Made by a program: the position numbers and the translations under genes. The notes below the pieces were generated by a model that did not search any database, was not told the origin of the DNA, and saw only the letters and a list, made by a program, of their open reading frames with translations. A stretch of 64,000 nucleotides of DNA from Phycisphaerales bacterium (GTDB lineage: Bacteria > Planctomycetota > Phycisphaerae > Phycisphaerales > SM1A02), in contig JAQWNP010000010.1 in assembly GCA_029268515.1 (NCBI GenBank), positions 218,330 through 282,329 on the forward strand. Reading direction: 5' to 3'. Shown piece by piece: positions 17,240-25,648 of this stretch. Positions within the stretch are counted from its first letter, which is position 1; every line of letters starts with the position of its first letter.

Positions 17240-18385
17240 ATGTCAGATACAAATGCCCAGCACCTAAAGTGGCTTCGTGAAATAACAGCTCTGCCTACAG
17301 CCGCAGGTCGTGAACAAAGAGTCATTGCCTGGATTCGTGACTGGGTCAGTGAACGAAAAGATCTGGTGTTGGAAGAAGATGAAGCCGGAAATCTCATTAT
17401 CCATCGTCAGGATATGGTTGATGACCAAGGCGAGCGACCACTCTATGTCACTGCACACTTAGATCATCCAGCATTTGTTGTTGAAGAACGTTTGGACGAA
17501 GGGCGAGTCAGGCTCTCCTTCCGCGGTACCGTTCGTGATCCCTACTTCACTGATGGGCGAATCAACCTCTTTCTTGATGATGGTCAGGTCATACCGGCCA
17601 CCATCATATCGACGCAGAACATTGAGCCACTTCGTCAGTGTGAGGCTCGCCTTGATATGCCTTATGAGGTTCCATTGGGTACGGTTGGTACCTGGGATCT
17701 GCCTGACCAACATATTGATGGTGAAGGCGTCCTTCATACCAATGCGTGTGATGATTTGGCCGCAGTTGCAGCAGCACTTTGTGCAATGGACTCACTTCGT
17801 GAGCAGACCAAGGGGCAGGGGATTCATGTACTGCTGACCCGTGCGGAGGAAGTTGGTTTCATTGGGGCCACTGCAAGTTGCAAGTTAGGCTGGATCCCCA
17901 AAGGTGCGCAGATGCTCACGCTCGAAAACTCTCGGAGCTTTCCAGACTCACCACTTGGAGCAGGGCCGATTGTCCGAGTTGGAGACAAGGTCTCCACCTT
18001 TTCCCCAGAACTCACGGCTGCAGTGGCGCAGGTTGCTGCAGACCTGACGAAATCATGTCAGGGCTTTAAGTATCAAAGGAAACTCATGCCAGGGGGTACC
18101 TGTGAAGCAACCGTGTTCTTTTCGTATGGCTACGATGCGACCTGCGTCTGTCTACCGCTTGGAAACTATCACAATCAGGGTGACCTGACCCGAGTGGAAT
18201 TAGAATCACCGCAGCAAGCAGCGGTGGGCTTGGAATATATTTCGATTGCTGACTTTAATAACTTAGTGAAGCTCTTGGTGAGATGCGGAGAGCATCTCAG
18301 TGAAGCTTCGCCATATATGAAGACGATCGAGATGTACTATGAGCAGGTTGGGTGGGTAGTTGAAAGGCCCGCCTTCGATTCATAG
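17240..18385 (+). CDS. M42/M28-like metallo-aminopeptidase (FrvX/YsdC-like)
   Basis: The start moved to ATG 17240, with GGAG 5 nt upstream. Motifs PTAAGREQRVIAWIRDWV...DEAGNLII...LYVTAHLDHPAFVV and C-terminal GGTCEATVF...CLPLGNYHN. Confidence 0.5.
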   Translation: MSDTNAQHLKWLREITALPTAAGREQRVIAWIRDWVSERKDLVLEEDEAGNLIIHRQDMVDDQGERPLYVTAHLDHPAFVVEERLDEGRVRLSFRGTVRDPYFTDGRINLFLDDGQVIPATIISTQNIEPLRQCEARLDMPYEVPLGTVGTWDLPDQHIDGEGVLHTNACDDLAAVAAALCAMDSLREQTKGQGIHVLLTRAEEVGFIGATASCKLGWIPKGAQMLTLENSRSFPDSPLGAGPIVRVGDKVSTFSPELTAAVAQVAADLTKSCQGFKYQRKLMPGGTCEATVFFSYGYDATCVCLPLGNYHNQGDLTRVELESPQQAAVGLEYISIADFNNLVKLLVRCGEHLSEASPYMKTIEMYYEQVGWVVERPAFDS

Positions 18386-18391
18386 CGCACT

Positions 18392-21097
18392 TTACTTTGC
18401 AATTTCGTGCTCAGGCTCTGGTGTTGGTTGCAGCGGAGCTTCTCGCACTAGGTTGGGAATATCATCGCGGGTAATTTTGTTGGGTTCAGCATGTTCGCGG
18501 AACTTCTCGACCTCTTCTTGGCACATTGAAATATCATCGGCCATGATTGTGACCAAGTCACCAGGATCTGCCATACCAAGTACCTTCTGGACAGCTTCTC
18601 GCTCATTGACTTCAATTTCAACATTGGCGGCATCAAAGCCACTATCAATAATTGACTGTTTAAGTAAGTTGGCAATAGTTCCAGCCTCGCGACCACGTCG
18701 GTATTTTTCTGACTCACGAATCACAATATGAGTGAACATGCCTGAGGCGAGTTTACCCATCTCTTCAATATCAACATCGCGACGATCGCCTACAGCACTA
18801 ATTGTGGCGATTTTTCGTTTTGCTGAAATTCTCTCAATGAGACTTCCAAGTGCTCTGTAGCCAGCAGGATTATGCGCAAAGTCGACAAGAATCTCGATGT
18901 CGTTTATCTGCATTCGGTTCAAGCGGCCAGGTGTCGTTGCAAAGCCAGGAACAAATGTACGCAGTGCATTTCGAATATCTGCCGGCTTTATTTTTCGTAG
19001 GAAAGCAGCCAGTGTCACCGCCAGTACATTCTGAATCATGAATGGAGCTCGGCCCTCCATCGTGAGTGGTACCTCTACAGCTTTGGCAACCCGGATCATC
19101 CAATGTCCATTAAGAATCGTAATAAATCCGCTTTCATAAATGCAGCTGACTTCGCCCTTTTGAGATTGCTCACGGATAATCTCGTTATCAGGATCCATGG
19201 AGAAGTAGGTGACACGCCCCTTGCTGTAGTCGGCCATCGCAGAAACATATGGATCATCCGCATTCAAAATGGCCCATCCTGAAGGTCTTACCACATCCAC
19301 AATGACACGTTTGACGCGGGCTAGATCATCAAGCGTATGAATATCGTTCATGCCCAGATGATCTTCAGCCACATTCAGGACAATGCCAATATCACAAGAG
19401 TTAAAGCCAAGGCCGCGGCGAATCAGGCCTCCACGGGCACATTCCAGGACAGCAAACTCAACCATTGGATCTTTGAGCACTGCCTGCGCCGAGAATGGGC
19501 CAGTCATATCGCCGCTCATCACACATTGATTGTCGATATATACGCCGTCTGAAGTAGTGTAGCCCACGTGATATCCACGAGAGTGAATGACGTGTGACAT
19601 AAGACGGGTTGTGGTTGTCTTTCCATTCGTACCGGTCAATGCAATGATTGGAATTCGGCCATCATTTCCATCAGGAAACAGCATGTCGATAACAGGCTCA
19701 GCGACGTTTCGACCAATGCCATCACTTGGAGCAAGATGCATTCGGAAGCCAGGCGCTGCATTCACTTCAATGACACCACCATTGATGCGATCCATTGGGC
19801 TCTCAAGATTGTCTGCAATGATGTCAATTCCGCAGATATCAAGATCAATAATTCGACTAATTCGTTCAAAGATCGCAACATTGTTGGGGTGCACGCGATC
19901 TGTAACATCAACGGCGGTTCCACCTGTTGAAAGATTCGCTGTCGATTTTAATACGATCATCTGATCAGGTTCAGGGACCGAATCAAGAGAGAGATCTTGA
20001 TGAAGCAGAAGTCGCTCAGTCATCGCGTCTACGGTGAGTTCAGTCAGCACCTTTTCGTGACCAAATCCGCGACGTGGATCCTTATTCACTAAATCAACCA
20101 GTTCTTGAATGGTGTGCTTGCCGTCGCCAATAACGTGAGCTGGAACGCGTTGAGCTGCAGAGATGAATTGGTGATTAATGACCAAAGCACGGAAGTCGTG
20201 TCCCTCTAGTTTCTTCTCAACAATGATGTAGCGTGAATATTCTTTTGCAACATCGAAGGCTCGTTCAAGCGATTCGTCGTCGGTAATACCGATCGTGGCA
20301 CCTTTGCCATGGTTGCCATTACTTGGTTTGACGACAACGGGGAAGCCAACCTCATGTGCCACAGAAAGAGCGCCGCGTAATGACTGTACTTCCTCGCCAA
20401 TTGGAACCGGTACGCCAGAGTCACCAAGAAGCTGCTTAGTTGAGTCTTTGTCACAGGCGATTTCCACACCAATCATGGAAGTTTCGTTGGTGGTGGTTGC
20501 TTGGATACGTTTTTGCTGAGCACCATGCCCAAGCTGAACTAAAGAACGGTTGTTAAGTCGAATCCATGGGATTCCACGACGTACAGCTTCATCTACAAGA
20601 CTTCGAGTCGAAGGTCCAAGTTGATATCGTTCACGTAACTCCTTGAGATGTTGTATTACTTCATCAATGTCAAACTCATCTTCACGAGAGTCGGCTAGAA
20701 GTTCGATGAGCTCAAACGCCTTTTCGCCGGCGTAGATGCCGCAGTTCTCTTCGATGTATCGGTAAACGACGTTATAGACGCCAGGCGTCTTTGTTTCTCG
20801 TGTTCTACCGAATCCTGCATCCATGGAAGCAAGCGTCTGGAGCTCAAGGGCAATGTGCTCCATGATGTGCCCCATCCATGTGCCTTCTTCAACGCGTTGA
20901 AGAAAACCGCCTCGCTCTCCAACGCTGCAGCGATGCTCAATGAGTGATGGGATGATCTTCTCAAGTCGATCACGGAATTTGGGCATGGTATCGCTCGGCC
21001 GTTGTTCCATATCTTCAAGATCAAGTCGCATGATGATGCATGGCTTGTTGTGATAGATGCTGGGGCCACGAAGTGCGTGAATGTCAAGGATTTTCAT
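18392..21097 (-). CDS. cphA: Cyanophycin synthetase
   Basis: N-terminus MKILDIHALRGPSIYHNKPCIIMRLDLED...GGFLQRVEEGTWMGHIMEHIALELQ, then an ATP-grasp region and a Mur-ligase-like region (LTGTNGKTTTTRL). I placed the start at Met66 of the listed ORF; upstream of it the frame overlaps cphB. Confidence 0.9.
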   Translation of the reverse strand: MKILDIHALRGPSIYHNKPCIIMRLDLEDMEQRPSDTMPKFRDRLEKIIPSLIEHRCSVGERGGFLQRVEEGTWMGHIMEHIALELQTLASMDAGFGRTRETKTPGVYNVVYRYIEENCGIYAGEKAFELIELLADSREDEFDIDEVIQHLKELRERYQLGPSTRSLVDEAVRRGIPWIRLNNRSLVQLGHGAQQKRIQATTTNETSMIGVEIACDKDSTKQLLGDSGVPVPIGEEVQSLRGALSVAHEVGFPVVVKPSNGNHGKGATIGITDDESLERAFDVAKEYSRYIIVEKKLEGHDFRALVINHQFISAAQRVPAHVIGDGKHTIQELVDLVNKDPRRGFGHEKVLTELTVDAMTERLLLHQDLSLDSVPEPDQMIVLKSTANLSTGGTAVDVTDRVHPNNVAIFERISRIIDLDICGIDIIADNLESPMDRINGGVIEVNAAPGFRMHLAPSDGIGRNVAEPVIDMLFPDGNDGRIPIIALTGTNGKTTTTRLMSHVIHSRGYHVGYTTSDGVYIDNQCVMSGDMTGPFSAQAVLKDPMVEFAVLECARGGLIRRGLGFNSCDIGIVLNVAEDHLGMNDIHTLDDLARVKRVIVDVVRPSGWAILNADDPYVSAMADYSKGRVTYFSMDPDNEIIREQSQKGEVSCIYESGFITILNGHWMIRVAKAVEVPLTMEGRAPFMIQNVLAVTLAAFLRKIKPADIRNALRTFVPGFATTPGRLNRMQINDIEILVDFAHNPAGYRALGSLIERISAKRKIATISAVGDRRDVDIEEMGKLASGMFTHIVIRESEKYRRGREAGTIANLLKQSIIDSGFDAANVEIEVNEREAVQKVLGMADPGDLVTIMADDISMCQEEVEKFREHAEPNKITRDDIPNLVREAPLQPTPEPEHEIAK

Positions 21098-21110
21098 AGG
21101 GCTCGCTCCG

Positions 21111-22013
21111 TCAGTTGACTGGGCTTTCAGTTTCTTGCGAATTGGGCTTATTGTGTTTTGGTAGGACCACACGTTGATTGCGAATATTAATTCCCCACCC
21201 TTCGGCAAGGATATGTAGCTTGACCCCAGCAAAAGAGATGGGGTCGGATTCTCGGATTTCTGGGATGTTAGAGTGTATAAGATCTGAAGCATCGACTACG
21301 GTCAGTGTGCCTTTTCCGACAATATTGACATTGCCTTTTGGATCCACAATGAACGCGGTATTTTCATCAATACCGAATCCCAGCATGTAGGGATTTCTCA
21401 ACACTGCCGCAATAAGGCGATTAAGTCGATGTCGCTCTTGGAAGTGCTGATCCACGATGACACGATGAAGTATTCCCAAACCAGGGGACAGGCGAACTGA
21501 AGAGAGTCGAGGGGTGCGGCTTGAAGTACCGCGAGCAATCATGACCGTGCTCATCGCTGAGGCGCCGGCGCTGGTTCCACCGATATGCGTGCCTAAGCGA
21601 TGTTGCTCATGAAGAACACGCGTCCAAGCAGTACCACCTAATAGTGTGACAAGCTTGAGTTGATCGCCACCTGTGAAGTAGACGCCGGTTGCATTCTTTA
21701 GGATTTCCAGGCCCTTGGGATTTTCGGCATCCACGCGATGTTCGTGATAGACGAGTTCAAGGTCCTTGACACCAAGGGCTGTGAACGCGGAGCTGTACTC
21801 TTCAAGCAGCTCTTCAGGAACGGTAGATGCAGTTGCAACGACAGCAATACGTGCGTTGTCCCCACCCGAAGTCTGGACAAACCGATGCAGAATTCGTCGG
21901 CTATTTTCCCGATCTTCGGCGCCGCCGACGACAAACAAGGATCCATTACATGATTCACTCAAAGTGATAAGCCCGGCCTTCTTCCTACCAATAGAGCCGC
22001 ATGTTGAATCCAC
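21111..22013 (-). CDS. cphB: Cyanophycinase (S51 peptidase)
   Basis: Motifs VVGGAEDRE, IAVVATAS, GVYFTGGDQLKL and GGTSAGASAMS (nucleophile Ser context). The gene lies 13 nt upstream of cphA. Confidence 0.85.
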   Translation of the reverse strand: MDSTCGSIGRKKAGLITLSESCNGSLFVVGGAEDRENSRRILHRFVQTSGGDNARIAVVATASTVPEELLEEYSSAFTALGVKDLELVYHEHRVDAENPKGLEILKNATGVYFTGGDQLKLVTLLGGTAWTRVLHEQHRLGTHIGGTSAGASAMSTVMIARGTSSRTPRLSSVRLSPGLGILHRVIVDQHFQERHRLNRLIAAVLRNPYMLGFGIDENTAFIVDPKGNVNIVGKGTLTVVDASDLIHSNIPEIRESDPISFAGVKLHILAEGWGINIRNQRVVLPKHNKPNSQETESPVN

Positions 22014-22061
22014 AGGGATTCATCTCCATGGGGCAGTTTTGCATGTCGCAGTGTAATCCAG

Positions 22062-22075
22062 ACTGACCAGTCAGT
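22062..22075. promoter_or_regulatory. Candidate operator in the cphB/TetR divergent region
   Basis: Perfect 14-bp palindrome ACTGAC-CA-GTCAGT. The flanking 9-mer GTAATCCAG (22053-22061) recurs at 22267-22275, again followed by TCAG. Confidence 0.3.
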
Positions 22076-22355
22076 GGGGCGGGATAGCCAACTAGACTGG
22101 CATGAAGCTCCAGCGGCGTGGGCTGACACCAAAATCGACTCATCGAGTTGCCTATCTAGGTCGTTTAGCTCGCTAAAAACGTCGATATTGGAGTCTTTAG
22201 GGCGAGAAACGACAAGTTCGTTCTGGCTGAAGCGAACCCGTCCAAGGAGGCTCCGTATGGAGGGGAGTAATCCAGTCAGATGAAGGGGCCGCCATCATGT
22301 CCCCTCCAAACCAAACCGCTTTCAGTGCTGCGCCGCCTGAATCTCCTGTCCTCAT

Positions 22356-23018
22356 ATGTGGAGCTATTCAATGACCGCAGTACCGAACTACCGCCAAAAA
22401 GAGCATCCTGTAGAGCAGTCCACCAAGGATCGGCTGATCGGGGCCGCCATCGATCTGACCTCTGAGGGGCGGGACCGAAATATCTCAATTCGTGCCATTG
22501 CCCGAAAAGCGGGTGTGACCGAGGGGGCGATTTACCGGCATTTTCCTGGCAAAGATGATCTCCTTCAAGAGTCCTATGAGCGGATCGCAGCAAAATTGTT
22601 AGAGGAAAAGGCAGACCTTCTTGAACGCGGTGGTTCATTTGAGAGTCTGCTTCGTGGTTGGATACGAATCACGCTGAGCTTCTATGATCGAAACTCGGCG
22701 GCGTTTAGCTATTTACTGCTGCGCCCACCTTATCCATACGGTGATGGCACCGGAAACCTCGCAATTCAGCAAGACATGCTGGTCTTTGAACTGATTCGGC
22801 GCGGTCAGTGTCAGAGGGTGGTTCGGAATGAGTCGGCTCAGATTCAACGGGTCATGCTTGATGGGCTACTTGTCAACATTCCTCGTCAGATCCAGATGGG
22901 ACAACTGAAAGGCAGTGCGATGCATTACTACGGTATCGTCGTTGATGCAGCAGAGCGGCTGTTGATGGTAAATAAAGGCAGTCAATCATTGGATGAGAGA
23001 TACCCGTACCCATTTTAG
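22356..23018 (+). CDS. TetR/AcrR-family transcriptional regulator
   Basis: HTH region STKDRLIGAAIDLTSEGRDRNISIRAIARKAGVTEGAIYRHFPGKDDLL. The gene is divergent from cphB-cphA. An alternative ATG lies at 22371. Confidence 0.85.
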   Translation: MWSYSMTAVPNYRQKEHPVEQSTKDRLIGAAIDLTSEGRDRNISIRAIARKAGVTEGAIYRHFPGKDDLLQESYERIAAKLLEEKADLLERGGSFESLLRGWIRITLSFYDRNSAAFSYLLLRPPYPYGDGTGNLAIQQDMLVFELIRRGQCQRVVRNESAQIQRVMLDGLLVNIPRQIQMGQLKGSAMHYYGIVVDAAERLLMVNKGSQSLDERYPYPF

Positions 23019-23051
23019 TACTGATCAGATTCGTTCAGCAAACGAGTTGTC

Positions 23052-23342
23052 TTACTGATTGTAGGGCTGATTTCCATCGCGACTGTTTGTCATGATGGAG
23101 ATGGTATTGACCGAACCATTGCTGGTGCAGAAATTACCGTTTTGATCTACAGGTAAGACGTAGAGTGGATTATCAGCTGTTGCGCCACTACCACTCGGCG
23201 CCATGCGTGATGCACCTAGTGCGGTCCCTAAAATCAACAAGGCGCCAAGCCCAACTACGCCAAATTTCAGCCGTTGATTACTTACCTTGAGTTGATCTAC
23301 TTTGCACTCGAGTTGCGTGATTCGTTCGGTGATGTGATCCAT
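23052..23342 (-). CDS. Small membrane-anchored hypothetical protein with an N-terminal coiled coil and one TM helix
   Basis: 96-aa ORF: ITQLECKVDQLKVSNQRLK, then FGVVGLGALLILGTALGA. It shows no recognisable domain. Confidence 0.45.
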   Translation of the reverse strand: MDHITERITQLECKVDQLKVSNQRLKFGVVGLGALLILGTALGASRMAPSGSGATADNPLYVLPVDQNGNFCTSNGSVNTISIMTNSRDGNQPYNQ

Positions 23343-23403
23343 TTAGAAGCTCCTCATGTCAGAGCAGTGAATGCTAGCAGACCAATTCACCATGCATGTG
23401 AAT

Positions 23404-23883
23404 TTAGCGTTTTGAAGCCGCTCTTGAAACGATGGCTGCTAGCTTACTGAGATGGATCGGCTTGCGAACATAGTGATTACAACCTGCTGCCAGAATTGCC
23501 CTTCGCTCCTGATCTTGTGCGAGGCCAGTGAATGCAATGACAGGGATATCTCGCGTGTGTGCTCGACTCTTGAGAATATTGACGACATCAAACCCAGTCA
23601 TATCACCGAGATTGATGTCGAGGATAATGACATGAATCGGATGCCGGTTGGCTAATTGCAGGCCATCTTCACCGTTGCTGGCCTGCAGCACCGAGTATCC
23701 AAGTGGATGGAGATAGTCGTTTATGAGTTGGCGGAGCAGTGGCTCATCATCAATGACAAGCACCTGCCGCCGCGGTGATTGGAATGGCTTATTCGGAGAT
23801 TCCCGGGGTAGTTGAGGTGCCCGCGGTTGAGGTGAGTCTATATGACGGGAATCGCCCGCACGGCGGTTAGAAAGCTTCGACAT
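23404..23883 (-). CDS. Stand-alone response-regulator receiver (CheY-like) protein
   Basis: REC motifs VLVIDDEP, HVIILDINLGDMTG, IPVIAFTG and YVRKP. I placed the start at ATG 23883, which has AAGGGAG upstream. The listed ORF extends to 24000. Confidence 0.8.
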   Translation of the reverse strand: MSKLSNRRAGDSRHIDSPQPRAPQLPRESPNKPFQSPRRQVLVIDDEPLLRQLINDYLHPLGYSVLQASNGEDGLQLANRHPIHVIILDINLGDMTGFDVVNILKSRAHTRDIPVIAFTGLAQDQERRAILAAGCNHYVRKPIHLSKLAAIVSRAASKR

Positions 23884-24086
23884 GGGGCTGAGCTCCCTTG
23901 TTTCGATGCCAACCGCAAGATATGACGAGGGAGAGGGCGGTGTTGACATCTCTGCTAATGGGTACGTGACATTGAGCCAGTTAGCTTCAGGCCTTGTCAA
24001 AAGTCATTGTTATTAAAAGACCAAGGTGGTCTTAAGGCCGTGAAAAGCACGCTTCCAGCAGGAAATGCCTGATAGAGGAGAGCTGG

Positions 24087-24479
24087 CTATTCCCAGCGGA
24101 ACACACCCTTACGCCATGCATAGATGTATGCAATGACTGACGTTGCGATGAAAAATAGAATTCGCCCCAAGAATAAAGAGGCTTCACCGCTTTGAGGATC
24201 GAGCTGGGTATAGCTCACGGCCCATGGGTAAAGGAAGATGATCTCAACATCGAAGACGAGAAAAGTCATCGCAAGAACATAAAAGCGGATATTGAAACGC
24301 TTTCGAGCCGTATCGATTGGCGTCATGCCGGACTCGTAGGCAGCTTCTTTCTCTTTTCCACGACGACTGGGACCAAGCAGGCTGGTTCCAATCAGGTTGA
24401 TGACGGGAAATGCAACAGCCATCAAAAGCAAAATACCAACTGGTATATAGGCATTAATGTCGCTTGCGAGAAATAGCAT
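24087..24479 (-). CDS. nuoA: NADH-quinone oxidoreductase subunit A
   Basis: Motifs YESGMTPIDTARKRFNIRFYVLAMTFLVFDVEIIFLYPWAV and C-terminal YIYAWRKGVFRWE. I placed the start at ATG 24479; the ORF opens with GTG at 24497. Confidence 0.85.
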   Translation of the reverse strand: MLFLASDINAYIPVGILLLMAVAFPVINLIGTSLLGPSRRGKEKEAAYESGMTPIDTARKRFNIRFYVLAMTFLVFDVEIIFLYPWAVSYTQLDPQSGEASLFLGRILFFIATSVIAYIYAWRKGVFRWE

Positions 24480-24575
24480 TGGGGGTATCCGATCCACCAG
24501 TGGTGTCTTGATGCAGGGGCAGGGTACCTTTGACGGCCTCTTGTCTCAAGGCCAGCTAGGCACCATAATAGAGCG

Positions 24576-24875
24576 ATGCCTTGTCTGGTCGCACTATTTG
24601 CCCTCTTTTTTCCACGCGTGATTCTCTTTATCGCGTGGTTGGTTAAGCCCGTTTGGGTGACAGGCCCATTTGAGAACCTTTTCTCGGGGCAGTTCTATTG
24701 GCTCTTGCCGATCCTAGGTTGGATCTTCCTCCCGCTGACGACACTGGCTTACTGCTGGGCATTCAGCTCATTAGAAAATCCTGGAACACCAGTTGGTGTG
24801 GTGGTGATCCTTATTGCGTTGCTGCTCGACCTTGGACTCTGGGGTGGCAGTGGCCGCTACGGCTATAGCCGATAG
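24576..24875 (+). CDS. Small polytopic membrane protein, hypothetical
   Basis: 99-aa ORF with three hydrophobic helices and no recognisable motif. Confidence 0.4.
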   Translation: MPCLVALFALFFPRVILFIAWLVKPVWVTGPFENLFSGQFYWLLPILGWIFLPLTTLAYCWAFSSLENPGTPVGVVVILIALLLDLGLWGGSGRYGYSR

Positions 24876-24939
24876 TCCAGCTGAAATCGGTGGCCCCTAA
24901 CTAAGTGATTGGTTGTCTTGAACGTTGTACGCAACTTGT

Positions 24940-25347
24940 TCAGTTGACTGACCAGTTGCTTCGACGACTAGGATCCATCCAGATCGCTGCGTTTGTTGGT
25001 TGTAGTAGCTGCATGTTTCCAAACTGATCGAATAAAGCGATGGCTCGGGTGCTACCCTCGCGCGAGATTGGGGCTGCTGCGACAAGAAACGGAGTTCCGG
25101 CATTGGCGGCTGGTTTCTGGGGTTGGGCCTGCTGCTGATTTTGTTGGGCATGAGCTGCCGCTGGGCCTTGTCCAATCATGAAGCCAAGTGCTCCGATTGC
25201 AATACAGGCCACGATCCAGCCTAAATTCTGGGAAATATGGGAGATTTGCTTTGTCACGTGAGGAGCTCCTTTTTGGGGTTCTAATAGCATGCTTCTATCT
25301 TTGACAAGTGTGACCGGACTCATGGCAATGAGCAAGTTTTTTGACAT
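24940..25347 (-). CDS. Membrane-anchored hypothetical protein with a Q-rich linker
   Basis: 135-aa ORF with TM helix LGWIVACIAIGALGFMIG followed by AQQNQQQAQPQKP. It has no recognisable domain. Confidence 0.4.
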   Translation of the reverse strand: MSKNLLIAMSPVTLVKDRSMLLEPQKGAPHVTKQISHISQNLGWIVACIAIGALGFMIGQGPAAAHAQQNQQQAQPQKPAANAGTPFLVAAAPISREGSTRAIALFDQFGNMQLLQPTNAAIWMDPSRRSNWSVN

Positions 25348-25370
25348 CTAGTGGCTCAATACTGATCGCT

Positions 25371-25379
25371 TGTTAGAAT
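25371..25379 (+). promoter_or_regulatory. Candidate extended -10 promoter element for tRNA-Pro
   Basis: TGtTAGAAT ends about 10 nt before the tRNA 5' end. I found no good -35 element at canonical spacing. Confidence 0.3.
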
Positions 25380-25388
25380 CATCCGCCA

Positions 25389-25462
25389 CGGGGCGTAGCT
25401 CAGCTTGGCAGAGCGCCTGCTTTGGGAGCAGGAGGCCGCAGGTTCAAATCCTGTCGCCCCGA
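25389..25462 (+). tRNA. tRNA-Pro (anticodon UGG)
   Basis: Acceptor stem CGGGGCG/CGCCCCG, U8, A14, D-arm GCTC/GAGC, anticodon stem CCTGC/GCAGG with loop TT-TGG-GA, T-arm GCAGG-TTCAAAT-CCTGT, discriminator A. CCA is not encoded. Confidence 0.9.
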
Positions 25463-25470
25463 TTGGTCAA

Positions 25471-25499
25471 AAGCCCACTCAAAAGAGTGGGCTTTTTTT
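25471..25499 (+). terminator. Rho-independent terminator after tRNA-Pro
   Basis: AGCCCACTC-AAAA-GAGTGGGCT followed by TTTTTTT. Confidence 0.75.
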
Positions 25500-25648
25500 A
25501 TCCAGATTTGATCGGTGAGGCATCTGGCTCATCGGCTCTCTCAAAAGAGGCCCTGACAACGTATTTTAGAGCCCGCCAGTGACACAAATGGGTGAAACTA
25601 GAAGTTTCTGGCCATCGTTGGGGGGCCCCCGCGCGATATGATCGACAT

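Noticed and set aside
21098-21292. A 65-aa N-terminal extension of cphA overlapping the cphB 3' end, as listed in the ORF track.
   Set aside because: The canonical CphA N-terminus (MKILDIHALRGP...) begins at Met66 (ATG 21097). The extension is a read-through of the frame into cphB.
22074-22638. Small ORFs (69 aa plus strand, 120 aa minus strand, 61 aa plus strand) in and around the cphB/TetR intergenic region.
   Set aside because: They have no ribosome-binding context, overlap the TetR CDS or the promoter region, and their sequences are unremarkable. I treat the region as regulatory DNA.
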